A DNA stretch of 64,000 nucleotides from an uncultured Methanosarcinales archaeon. Its GTDB lineage: Archaea; Nanobdellota; Nanobdellia; Woesearchaeales; SKGA01. Positions 38,651-47,421 of the stretch are shown piece after piece; positions within the stretch are counted from its first letter, which is position 1, and every line of letters starts with the position of its first letter. The notes below the pieces were generated by a model. It saw only the letters and a list, made by a program, of their open reading frames with translations. It was not told where the DNA came from and searched no databases. The stretch covers positions 361-64,360 of the forward strand of contig CAYSFC010000001.1 in NCBI GenBank assembly GCA_964430665.1, written 5' to 3'. Both the position numbers and the translations under genes were made by a program.

Positions 38651-39556
38651 TTATTCTTTCTTTTCTTCGTCTTCAGAATCTTCTTCAGTTTCTTCTGTGT
38701 CGTCTTCTTCACTGATATCTACAGATTCTTCTTCATCTTCAAGAATTTTGTTAGATTTTTCTTTTGGTTCTTCTTCTATTTCTTCTTCATCTTGATCATC
38801 ATCAAAATCTTCAGTATCTTTATCAAAATCTTCAGAATTCAAATCATCAATATCGTCTGCTTGAACATATGCATTTTCTTCTGCTTTTTTATCTTTCCAC
38901 TTCTGAGCTTCTTTTTTATCCAATTTTCTCTTTTTAACTGGTTCAGAGACAACTTCTTTATCTGTTACAACTATTTTTGTATTTTCAACCAATTTTGCCA
39001 TTCTAATATCTACGCTTTTGATTGGAAAAATCTTTTTTAGAGAATCTTTTATAATTTTCTGTAATTTTCCTTCAACTATTGCTTGTACAGTTCCTTCAAC
39101 ATTTGTTTTTACAACGTATTCTCTGATGATTTTTCTTGCTTCTAATCTACATGCAGACTGAATTAATTTAGTTGTGTGATTAACAGTCACTATAAGAGGT
39201 TTAATTCTTAAAATTCTTTTATCTGAAGTTTTTGATATGAATGAATCTGCAACTTTATCTCTTCCACGTCTAACTAATCTTTTTAATGCTGAATTAATCA
39301 TATTATATCCAACAACTTCAGTTTTACCTTTTCCATCTTCAACACCAATAACTTTAAATTGAATATTTGCGTTTTGTTTTCGCATATTTTTAGTTATTGT
39401 TGATAAATTAGCTGTTAAATATTTTCCATTGAGATCGCTTGTTTCAAAAACATGTGATTCTCCTAATAAAGCTTCACCAAACATTGCAGGCGCGTAAATT
39501 GGAGCCCATTTTTTCTTTCCTTTTTTAATAATTGTTTTTTTCTTTTTAACTGCCAT
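38651..39556 (-). CDS. rps3ae: ribosomal protein S3Ae (eS1) with long acidic C-terminal tail
   Basis: KKWAPIYAPAMF N-terminal signature. Confidence 0.8.
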   Translation of the reverse strand: MAVKKKKTIIKKGKKKWAPIYAPAMFGEALLGESHVFETSDLNGKYLTANLSTITKNMRKQNANIQFKVIGVEDGKGKTEVVGYNMINSALKRLVRRGRDKVADSFISKTSDKRILRIKPLIVTVNHTTKLIQSACRLEARKIIREYVVKTNVEGTVQAIVEGKLQKIIKDSLKKIFPIKSVDIRMAKLVENTKIVVTDKEVVSEPVKKRKLDKKEAQKWKDKKAEENAYVQADDIDDLNSEDFDKDTEDFDDDQDEEEIEEEPKEKSNKILEDEEESVDISEEDDTEETEEDSEDEEKKE

Positions 39557-39566
39557 TTTAGTTCAC

Positions 39567-39665
39567 CTATGCTGTTCGTTTACGCTTTTCTTTTTTCATT
39601 CTTTTTCGTTGCCACTTCCAACGCATTTGACCTTTCTTTTTCCATCGTCTACTTGATCGTTTCAT
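39567..39665 (-). CDS. rpl41e: ribosomal protein L41e (32 aa; absent from ORF track)
   Basis: manual translation MKRSSRRWKKKGQMRWKWQRKRMKKEKRKRTA; RWKW...KR core of eL41. Confidence 0.65.
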   Translation of the reverse strand: MKRSSRRWKKKGQMRWKWQRKRMKKEKRKRTA

Positions 39666-39738
39666 TTTTATTTTACCTTTTATTTTTTATTTGAAAAACA
39701 ATAATATTTTCTAGTAACATATTTACTAAGAAAATGAA

Positions 39739-39813
39739 TGCTCCCGCCGGGATTCGAACCCGGGTCCTCGGCGCGAAAGGCTGAGATGATTGGCCGGACT
39801 ACACCACGGAAGC
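39739..39813 (-). tRNA. tRNA-Glu (anticodon TTC)
   Basis: hand-folded cloverleaf; archaeal Glu/Asp-type D-arm GGTGTAGTCCGGCCAATCAT; anticodon loop CTTTCGC; one A-C mismatch in anticodon stem. Confidence 0.7.
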
Positions 39814-39919
39814 AGAATTGCCATTGATTTTAGTTGTTTTTTAAAATGTCGTCTCGCCCGATTCACAGTTAGATGGACTGCTACTTAGGTTTGAGTGAAA
39901 ATTGAGAAATTTTTTCCAT

Positions 39920-40189
39920 TTATAAAGGTAGTGGTTTATTTCTTCTGTAAATTTGACTAGGTGGAGCTTGTGAAGGCACACTTCCATCATAATTTTCTTG
40001 AGAATTGTGCGCAAAAGTGTAAATAGGTTCCATTATTCTTGGGAAACCTCTAGATGCCAATAATGCAAATTCTTCACTGACACCAAGATTTAACATGAAA
40101 TGTACTTTTTTTGAGCCTTCTTTTATTTCTTTCATAAAATTGTCTTTAAATAAATAATCCATTTTATCATCTTTTTTATTATATTGCAA
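39920..40189 (-). CDS. hypothetical protein
   Basis: ORF only, between tRNA genes. Confidence 0.25.
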   Translation of the reverse strand: MQYNKKDDKMDYLFKDNFMKEIKEGSKKVHFMLNLGVSEEFALLASRGFPRIMEPIYTFAHNSQENYDGSVPSQAPPSQIYRRNKPLPL

Positions 40190-40190
40190 C

Positions 40191-40308
40191 CAAAATAAAA
40201 TGTGAGCCTACGGGGATTCAACCGAACGAATTTGTAAGTGAGCGTTGTGCTGGAATAAATATGACAGCATGTTCAAATCCCAAAATAAAATGTGAGCCTA
40301 CGGGGATT
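40191..40308. repeat. 28-bp perfect direct repeat (CAAAATAAAATGTGAGCCTACGGGGATT) at 40191-40218 and 40281-40308 = duplicated tRNA-Ile 3' end plus flank, enclosing scrambled tRNA-derived fragments
   Basis: seen directly; the intervening 62 bp contains inverted copies of tRNA-Ile D/anticodon/intron segments. Confidence 0.6.
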
Positions 40309-40402
40309 TGAACCCCGGACCACTGGCTCTCTTCGAGCGACATTGCTAAAACGCAATGCTGTCATATAAGACCAGCACTCTACCAGACTAAGCTATAGGC
40401 TC
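40293..40402 (-). tRNA. tRNA-Ile (anticodon TAT) with 36-nt intron at canonical 37/38 position (intron 40329-40364)
   Basis: acceptor GAGCCUA/UAGGCUC, T-arm CGGGG-TTCAAAT-CCCCG, anticodon stem CTGGT/GCCAG, loop C-T-TAT-A then intron, A38; intron carries an internal hairpin. Confidence 0.6.
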
Positions 40403-40407
40403 AGATA

Positions 40408-40519
40408 TGCACCGACCGGGAATCGAACCCGGGCCGAAGCCTCTTTGCAAGATTGAAGATTATTAAAATTTTCTTCACATCTATGGCAAGGCCCCATTGT
40501 ACCATTCAACCACCGGTGC
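40408..40519 (-). tRNA. tRNA-Gly (anticodon GCC) with 41-nt intron at 37/38 (intron 40443-40483)
   Basis: acceptor GCACCGG/TCGGTGC, T-arm CCGGG-TTCGATT-CCCGG, anticodon stem GGGCC/GGCTT (two G-U), loop TT-GCC-A; intron hairpin GAAGA...TCTTC. Confidence 0.55.
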
Positions 40520-40611
40520 AAGACGTAGATTTAAGAGAAAGAACTTTATTTAAAAAGGTTTTGATAGATTAAAATAGTTTCATTTATAAATGTTGAATTT
40601 TTAAATAGAGT

Positions 40612-42183
40612 ATGGTGAGTACTCTTAAAAATGCTAGAAGATTAGAAGAAATAATAAAAGTATTTACAAAACATGGTTTTGGAATAATTTTTGATAAAGT
40701 TAGAGATAAGAAACACATTTCTTCACCAGAAAAACATTTAAGATTAATTTTAGAAGATCTTGGCGGGGCATTTGTTAAATTAGGACAAATTCTTTCATTA
40801 AGACCTGATTTAATACCTCCAAAATATTGTAATGAATTAGAAAAATTACAAGACAATTCTACACCTGTTCCTTATGAAGACATTAAAAAAATAATTAAAG
40901 AGGAACTTAGTAGACCGATAAAAACTGTTTTTGAAAAAATAAATCAAAGACCAATTGCCACAGGATCTGTAGCGCAAACACATCTTGCTAAATTAATTAA
41001 TGGTGAAGAAGTTGTAATTAAAGTTATGAAACCAGGTGTTGAAGAAAGATTTGAAGAAGATTTTAAATTGTTAGAATATGTTGCAGTTAAAGTAAAAAAA
41101 TATGTACCTTCATTCATAGACGTTGAAGAAATAATTTCTGAGTTCAAAAAATATACTGAAGAAGAATTAGATTTTAAAAAAGAACTTAAACACATATCTG
41201 AATTTCAAGGCGATGAAGAATTTAAAATTCCAAAACCATATCCTCAATTTAATACAAAAAGATTATTAATTATGAGTTATATAAGTGGAAAACCATTAAG
41301 TGATAAAAATTATCTTTACAAAGCTAGAAGTGAAAAAGAATATTTGTCAAACAAAATAACAACAGGTATAATGAAACAAGTTTTTATAAAAGGAATTTTT
41401 CATGGAGATCCACATCCTGGAAACATATTTGTCGATGGTAGAAAATTAGGATTAATTGATTTTGGAATTGTTGGTAAAATAAGTGAAAGTACAAAAACTA
41501 AGCTCGTCATGATTCTTTATTCTATGATAGAAAGAAACTTAGATTTATTGATTAAAACAGTATCTGAAATAGGTATAAGTAAGAATGCAAATAAAGATTT
41601 TGAAGATGATTTAAAATATTATTTTGAAAAATATTATGACGCTAAATTAAAAGATATAAATTTCAAAGATGTAATAAATACTATTTTTTATATGGGAAAT
41701 AAACATAATTTGAAACTTCCAAAAGAACTTGTGATTTTAGGTAAAACAATTGCAACCACAGAAAGTGTTTGTGAAGAAATTAATCCAGAGTTTAATTTTG
41801 TTCAGACTGCCAAGCCTTTCTTGAAAAAAAATCTTTCAAAATTTTTTAACACTAAAATGTTATTAGATAATTTTAAAAATGAAGTTAAAGAATATGGTGG
41901 CTTGATATTGTCTTTGCCTAAAGATGTGAAAAGACTAATTCAATTGGAAGAAAGAAAGGAGAAAGATTCTTTGAAAATTCAAAAAACACTTAGAAATCTT
42001 GAAATAGATATTGTTTTTGTAGAAGTTGAATTTATTCTAGCAATGTTTTCAATAATATTTACTTTAATAGGAATATTTCTTTTAGTTTTGAATTTTAATC
42101 CTATTTCGTATATTTTTCTTAATGTAGGAATATTTATATTTTTAATAATACTAATATTAATTTTAAAGAAAAGAAAAAATTAA
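40612..42183 (+). CDS. ABC1/UbiB-family atypical protein kinase with C-terminal TM helices
   Basis: ABC1 N-terminal KxGQ motif (FVKLGQILSLRPDLIPP), kinase-like core, hydrophobic C-terminus. Confidence 0.8.
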   Translation: MVSTLKNARRLEEIIKVFTKHGFGIIFDKVRDKKHISSPEKHLRLILEDLGGAFVKLGQILSLRPDLIPPKYCNELEKLQDNSTPVPYEDIKKIIKEELSRPIKTVFEKINQRPIATGSVAQTHLAKLINGEEVVIKVMKPGVEERFEEDFKLLEYVAVKVKKYVPSFIDVEEIISEFKKYTEEELDFKKELKHISEFQGDEEFKIPKPYPQFNTKRLLIMSYISGKPLSDKNYLYKARSEKEYLSNKITTGIMKQVFIKGIFHGDPHPGNIFVDGRKLGLIDFGIVGKISESTKTKLVMILYSMIERNLDLLIKTVSEIGISKNANKDFEDDLKYYFEKYYDAKLKDINFKDVINTIFYMGNKHNLKLPKELVILGKTIATTESVCEEINPEFNFVQTAKPFLKKNLSKFFNTKMLLDNFKNEVKEYGGLILSLPKDVKRLIQLEERKEKDSLKIQKTLRNLEIDIVFVEVEFILAMFSIIFTLIGIFLLVLNFNPISYIFLNVGIFIFLIILILILKKRKN

Positions 42184-42189
42184 AAAAAA

Positions 42190-43380
42190 TTAAACTCCGC
42201 AACCTGCATCCACTGTGTTTCCCGTTGTTTCAGTATAACCAAAACCAGGTGATGGTGATGCAGAAGATAACTCAGTGTTACATTCTTCAGGAGCTTCTTT
42301 GAATGCAAAGCAAACAGCCTCTAAAATACTTTTAGAATCTCTTCCTGCAGAAGGTGTTGCACCATTAATTATTAGTGTTGGAGAACCTCGAACACCATAT
42401 TTTATATTATCTTCTTCATGTAATGAAAATGAAGGAAACGTTCCCATCCATGTTGATTGGTCTGCAAAATCTTCCATTATTTTGTATTCAGAATCAACTT
42501 CATCAAAACAAGAATCTAAAACATTTTGGTCTAAAGCAAGTTCTTCAACACATCTTGGAGAATCAGAATCTTCTAAGAAGCATTCTAAATATTGTATCAT
42601 CATATCTTTTGAATATTCTTTTTCAACACAATATTGAGTTATTTGTTCTTTGATTTCTTTTTCACCATGCATTGCATAATTTACAAATTTAAGTTGGAAA
42701 TCAATTTTATCTCCTAAAGTTTTTACAACTGGAATCATACCTTTTTCTATTTGAGTCCCATATGGACAATGACTCATAACAAAAACCTCTACAACAGGTT
42801 TGTCTGTTTTTTGTACACACTCCCATTGAGATTGGCACTCTGTAGCTTCACAGTCAACTTTTCCATCTCCTGTATCATCAATACCATTATCACAAATTTC
42901 AGCTTCAGGATTGAAAGAAGCACCTATTTGAAGAGAATTATATTCTCCAGCATCTAGCATAAAAGATGAAATTTCATCATAACCTGTAACACTCTCTGCA
43001 GATTTATCAAAAAGCAAAGCAGGTAATGCATTTAAATTAGATTCCACATACAAATCTTTTCCTTCATTTGAGTTGTAATCAATTTCTTCAACAACTAAAT
43101 TTGGAAGAATCGATTGTAATTGAGATATTACTTGATCTGCAAAAGAATCACAAGAATCGCAACGTTCATCATTCAACACAATCAATTTTAGTTCTTCTTC
43201 AGATATTGTTTCTTGTTCAGAAGAATTAATCACATTAGATGTTACATTGTTGAATGAAAAATTCGAAAAACCATTTGTCAAAATCGCCACTATAAGTAGT
43301 GCAGCAAAAACAAAAGTTCCTACTCTCCATAAATTGATACCTTCGTTTTTATTCTTAGGTATATCGTGTTTTTGTACCAT
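42190..43380 (-). CDS. membrane-anchored extracytoplasmic Cys-rich protein with thioredoxin-like CxxC motifs (putative thiol-disulfide oxidoreductase)
   Basis: N-terminal TM; CDSC and SHCPYG motifs; many additional Cys. Confidence 0.35.
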   Translation of the reverse strand: MVQKHDIPKNKNEGINLWRVGTFVFAALLIVAILTNGFSNFSFNNVTSNVINSSEQETISEEELKLIVLNDERCDSCDSFADQVISQLQSILPNLVVEEIDYNSNEGKDLYVESNLNALPALLFDKSAESVTGYDEISSFMLDAGEYNSLQIGASFNPEAEICDNGIDDTGDGKVDCEATECQSQWECVQKTDKPVVEVFVMSHCPYGTQIEKGMIPVVKTLGDKIDFQLKFVNYAMHGEKEIKEQITQYCVEKEYSKDMMIQYLECFLEDSDSPRCVEELALDQNVLDSCFDEVDSEYKIMEDFADQSTWMGTFPSFSLHEEDNIKYGVRGSPTLIINGATPSAGRDSKSILEAVCFAFKEAPEECNTELSSASPSPGFGYTETTGNTVDAGCGV

Positions 43381-43496
43381 ATTTTATAAACCCCTTATTT
43401 ACTATTAATTAATGAAAATTCTGAACAAAGGTTATTATATAAAACTTACGTTATAGATGGAAATAAGAGTAAATTTAATCATAACTTCGTAGTAAA

Positions 43497-44303
43497 TTAA
43501 ATTATACTTACTTCTATTGCTGCAGCTATTATAACTAGAATAAAAGATATTGTTAGAAATATTAGAGCATCAGTTACTATATGGTGAAACTTTTTTGAAA
43601 ACAATTCTTCTCTCAAAACCGCTTTAGAAACAATTCCTCCAACTATTGCAGCACCTATATATGCTAAAGCTTCAGTTACTAAATGTGGAACAAACGGCCA
43701 TATTGATGTAAAAAAATAAAGAATAGGATTTATTTGTGCATTTGCAGCAGAATATTTTGCAAAAAATCCAAAAACCACACCCCAAACTGATGCATTCCAA
43801 GTTAAAAAAATTACTGCACCAGCGCCGTAAACAAAAGATAAAATTAAAGAAGCAATAAAAACAACTAAATTATTTTTAACTATTGAAAAAAATGTTGTAG
43901 AATTAAAAGCATTACCAACCATATTTACTGTTTTCATTTGTGAAGAAAAATAATATTGTATTCCTGCTGTTGAAGAAAATAATGCAACCAAAGCATATGC
44001 TAAAAATATTCCCAAAAATAAAAAAGTATATACCTTGAATATGTCTTTATGATCTTTAAATAATTGTTTTAAATTTAATTTTTTTTCACGTATTTCAACG
44101 TTTTCTTCCATTTGAAGAAGTTTAGCTAAAGAAGGAATCAAAAGTATTGATGTAAAAGCCATACTCATTATACCTAAACTGGCGGGAAAGATTAGTTTTG
44201 CAGATATTAGACCAACTATGGTATAGATTAAACCTAAAAAGAAAGCGTGCCCTTTACTTTCAATCCACTTAATTTTGAACATTTGTTCTAATACCATGAC
44301 CAT
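43497..44303 (-). CDS. polytopic membrane protein, SpoIIM/DUF95-like
   Basis: 6-TM pattern resembling DUF95. Confidence 0.45.
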   Translation of the reverse strand: MVMVLEQMFKIKWIESKGHAFFLGLIYTIVGLISAKLIFPASLGIMSMAFTSILLIPSLAKLLQMEENVEIREKKLNLKQLFKDHKDIFKVYTFLFLGIFLAYALVALFSSTAGIQYYFSSQMKTVNMVGNAFNSTTFFSIVKNNLVVFIASLILSFVYGAGAVIFLTWNASVWGVVFGFFAKYSAANAQINPILYFFTSIWPFVPHLVTEALAYIGAAIVGGIVSKAVLREELFSKKFHHIVTDALIFLTISFILVIIAAAIEVSII

Positions 44304-44350
44304 AAACTTAAGAAATAAATATTTAAATGTTTGTATAATATTATTTTAAT

Positions 44351-44812
44351 ATGGTAAGAAAACAATATTCAAAAAGTGAGATAAAAAAATTGTTGGAAGA
44401 GTATCCATTTGTGAAAAAATTTGTAACGAAAAAGTCACAAGTGGTTGAAGAAGATGATTTCTTGAGAATAAATGGAGAGTCTTTGTTCTTTTTTAAAGAA
44501 GAAAAATTAATTCCAACATTACATTCTTTATTAAAAGAAATTAAGTTATTACCTTATGTTGTTGTTGATAAAGGAGCTATAAAATTTGTTGCAAATGGTG
44601 CAGATATAATGCGTCCAGGAATTGTAGGCTGTGATTCTTTCGATGAAGGAGCTTTTGTAGTAATAATTGAAGAGACTTATAAAAAACCTCTGGCTGTAGG
44701 AATTGCAGATTATAATTCTATTGAAATTTTAGAAATGAAAGAAGGTAAAGTTATTTCTACAATACACTTTATTGGAGATTCAATATGGGAAAGCTCTCAA
44801 AAATCTAAATAA
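44351..44812 (+). CDS. PUA-domain RNA-binding protein
   Basis: VVDKGAIKFVANGADIMRPGIV PUA signature. Confidence 0.55.
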   Translation: MVRKQYSKSEIKKLLEEYPFVKKFVTKKSQVVEEDDFLRINGESLFFFKEEKLIPTLHSLLKEIKLLPYVVVDKGAIKFVANGADIMRPGIVGCDSFDEGAFVVIIEETYKKPLAVGIADYNSIEILEMKEGKVISTIHFIGDSIWESSQKSK

Positions 44813-44837
44813 TATTAATATTTAAAATAAAAATAAA

Positions 44838-45572
44838 TTATTTAATTGTGTGTATTTGTTGTTTTGAGCATTTTGCTTCAAATTCTGTAGTTACACTATC
44901 GAAATATATGAAGATGTTCGCGCCATTATCTTCTGCACCTGCTATATAAAACAAAGAATCGATTTCTATAATTATATCATCAAAAGCTTCAAATTCTTCA
45001 TAGTCATCTAACAAAATAACTTTTGTTTGTTTTCTTGAATCAGAATTTGTGACACTTACCATCGTAGAGTTTTGACCAACTCTTTCTAAAGAAACATCAT
45101 ATTTGTTTCCAAACGAAATAATTTCACCTTCTTGTAGAAAAAATTCTCTGGAATACAATAAATATTTAGAATAAGAAGGGTTAATTTTGTTGTTGGAATC
45201 TAAAGCAATTTGATCACAAGGTATGTTCGCATCAAATTCCCAAATAATATTGTTATTATCTGCTCTATGAACTCCTAATATATCTGTACAAATCAAGTTT
45301 TCTTTTTTACAAGCAGCATCTCCTGACCAATGTTCCAAATCAAAAGTCATATTTTGAAGATTTCCGTGATCATATTTTATATAATTAAATATTTCTTCAT
45401 AAGAATATAATGGAATTGGTTGAGGTAAAGGTTTTGTACCAACGGATTTTGTGAATTGACCAGAAAAATCATAATTATTGTTTGATGATGTAACAACTAA
45501 TGTGAGACCTATTATGAAAATAATTGAAATTAAACCTACGAGTAAAACATTATCTTTAGCCATATTAAACAC
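44838..45572 (-). CDS. hypothetical secreted/membrane-anchored protein
   Basis: N-terminal TM; Cys-containing ectodomain. Confidence 0.3.
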   Translation of the reverse strand: MFNMAKDNVLLVGLISIIFIIGLTLVVTSSNNNYDFSGQFTKSVGTKPLPQPIPLYSYEEIFNYIKYDHGNLQNMTFDLEHWSGDAACKKENLICTDILGVHRADNNNIIWEFDANIPCDQIALDSNNKINPSYSKYLLYSREFFLQEGEIISFGNKYDVSLERVGQNSTMVSVTNSDSRKQTKVILLDDYEEFEAFDDIIIEIDSLFYIAGAEDNGANIFIYFDSVTTEFEAKCSKQQIHTIK

Positions 45573-45673
45573 CTACCAAAAATTTATAAATTAATTAATA
45601 TAAATCTTTCGAAAAAAATAGAGAAAAACGCTTGGAAATAATAATTTCCTGCGTTTTAATTAAAATAAAAAAA

Positions 45674-46912
45674 TTAATCTAAGTTAACAAAAACAGGAGG
45701 TCTGTTAACATTTTCAACAACTAAAGTAATAGTTTTACTTACTGTGTTAGTTCCATCAGTTGCAGTGATTGTAACTTCGTGTTCACCAGCATCATCATAA
45801 GTTGTTGTATATGTTAGGTCATTCATAAATCCACTAACTGAAATTGTGACTTCATCTCCGTTTGGATCTGTAACTTCAACTGGAAGAGTTATTTCTTCGT
45901 TTTCTTTAACATAAATTATATCGTCTATTGAAATAATAGGTGCTGAATTAAATTCATTAACTGTTAAAAAAATTGTTTTAGTTACAAAATCTTCTCCATC
46001 TGAAAAAACAACATCAACTTCATATTCGCCTGCATCTCCTAAATCTGTTACCCAAACACCATTTTCATCTAAAGGTTCTGAGAATTCTACTTCAATTTCA
46101 TCTCCATCAGGATCTTCAGCAGTATAATCTATTTGAACTGTGTCTTTTTCTGCTACAACTAATTCTTCTGTATCAAAAGATATTACAGGTGCTCTGTTAA
46201 CATTTTCAATTATAAGAAGTATTTCTTTTTGAGAGCTTTGAACTCCGTCTGAAGCACTAACTGTTAATTTATAAGTTCCTGCATCACCATAAGTTGAATT
46301 GTATTGTAAAGAATCTATAAATCCATGTACATTGTAATTTACTTTTTCGCCTTCAGGATCGCTGAAAGTACATACAATATCTACTAATTCTCCTTCTTTA
46401 AAACTTACACTATCAGGACATTCAATAATTGGTACTTTATTTGTAGATTCAACAATGATTGTTACTGTTTCAGTTGTAGTTAATATACCATCTGAAGCAC
46501 TAACTGTTGCCATATATGTTCCAGCATCACCTATTTCAGTTTTCCAACTTCCATTTTCATTTAAAGGCTCTGAATAAGTATATGTAATTAAGTCTCCATC
46601 AGGATCTTCAGCCTGTAAATTTAATTTTACTGTTTCTCCTTCTAAAACCTTTACAGTTAAAGTACTACTTTCTTCGTCAACAATAAATTCTTCTTGAGAA
46701 TCGTTTAGTTCTGTATCACTCATATTTAGAATTATATCATCTTCATCACTTAGAATAATATCAAAAGAATCTAAATCTTCACTCTCATTTTCTGAGATAT
46801 TATTATCTGATGTATTGTTACAAACTCCTTCGCAACCAACAAGATCTTGAATAACTGAACAAGAAGTAATTGACAATACCAACACTAAAACAAGTAATAT
46901 ATTTAATTTCAT
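45674..46912 (-). CDS. surface protein with four tandem ~90-aa Ig-like (cadherin/PKD-like) repeats; lipoprotein-like signal
   Basis: four repeats each containing (A/F/V)xDP(D/E/N)GD...GDAG(T/E)Y...SASDG; signal peptide with SCS lipobox-like site. Confidence 0.6.
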   Translation of the reverse strand: MKLNILLVLVLVLSITSCSVIQDLVGCEGVCNNTSDNNISENESEDLDSFDIILSDEDDIILNMSDTELNDSQEEFIVDEESSTLTVKVLEGETVKLNLQAEDPDGDLITYTYSEPLNENGSWKTEIGDAGTYMATVSASDGILTTTETVTIIVESTNKVPIIECPDSVSFKEGELVDIVCTFSDPEGEKVNYNVHGFIDSLQYNSTYGDAGTYKLTVSASDGVQSSQKEILLIIENVNRAPVISFDTEELVVAEKDTVQIDYTAEDPDGDEIEVEFSEPLDENGVWVTDLGDAGEYEVDVVFSDGEDFVTKTIFLTVNEFNSAPIISIDDIIYVKENEEITLPVEVTDPNGDEVTISVSGFMNDLTYTTTYDDAGEHEVTITATDGTNTVSKTITLVVENVNRPPVFVNLD

Positions 46913-47021
46913 CGTAAAACCTCACTTTATCTTTGTCTCTCCCCTAGAATACGAGTAATTTAAGTCATTTATAATTATTTCTATTTTATAGTGAAAACAA
47001 ATAAATTCATTTATAAATAAC

Positions 47022-47294
47022 TTAAAAAGAAGAAATTATTTTATCCATTAAAGTAGCAATTTCCATTCCTTTTTTAGTTAGAACTAGAACTTTTAATCTT
47101 CCTTTTTTTTCGAAAGTTATAAGTCCTGCTCTTTGCATATCTTGAAGAACTTTAACAACGTGAGAATAAGTACAATCCACACTTTTGGCAAGAGATGAAG
47201 CATATGTTTCTCCTTGTTTTCTTAACAAGTGAACAAGCATTAGTGATGGTTTTTCCCTAAAAAAGACGTTAAATATTTTTTTTGTTTTTATCAT
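47022..47294 (-). CDS. small winged-helix transcriptional regulator (MarR/ArsR-like)
   Basis: 90 aa wHTH pattern (SSLAKSVDCTYSHVVKVLQDMQRAGLI). Confidence 0.5.
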   Translation of the reverse strand: MIKTKKIFNVFFREKPSLMLVHLLRKQGETYASSLAKSVDCTYSHVVKVLQDMQRAGLITFEKKGRLKVLVLTKKGMEIATLMDKIISSF

Positions 47295-47421
47295 TCAAAT
47301 CGAACCTGTTTTTTCATGTGTTGTTTCTAAACTATATATCTGAAAAGTTCTTTCTTTTTTAAAGTTTTCTAATCACTGATAAATTATTTAGCTCAGATTT
47401 AAAAAAATTAAATCAAATTTA

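Noticed and set aside
40203-40283. Possibility that the tRNA-derived segment upstream of tRNA-Ile is a split-tRNA half gene, as in Nanoarchaeum
   Set aside because: The fragment carries an acceptor 3' strand but no foldable T-arm (TTCGG-TTGAAT-CCCCG does not pair). It also lacks the GC-rich complementary leader characteristic of split tRNA halves. It fits a decayed or rearranged duplicate better.
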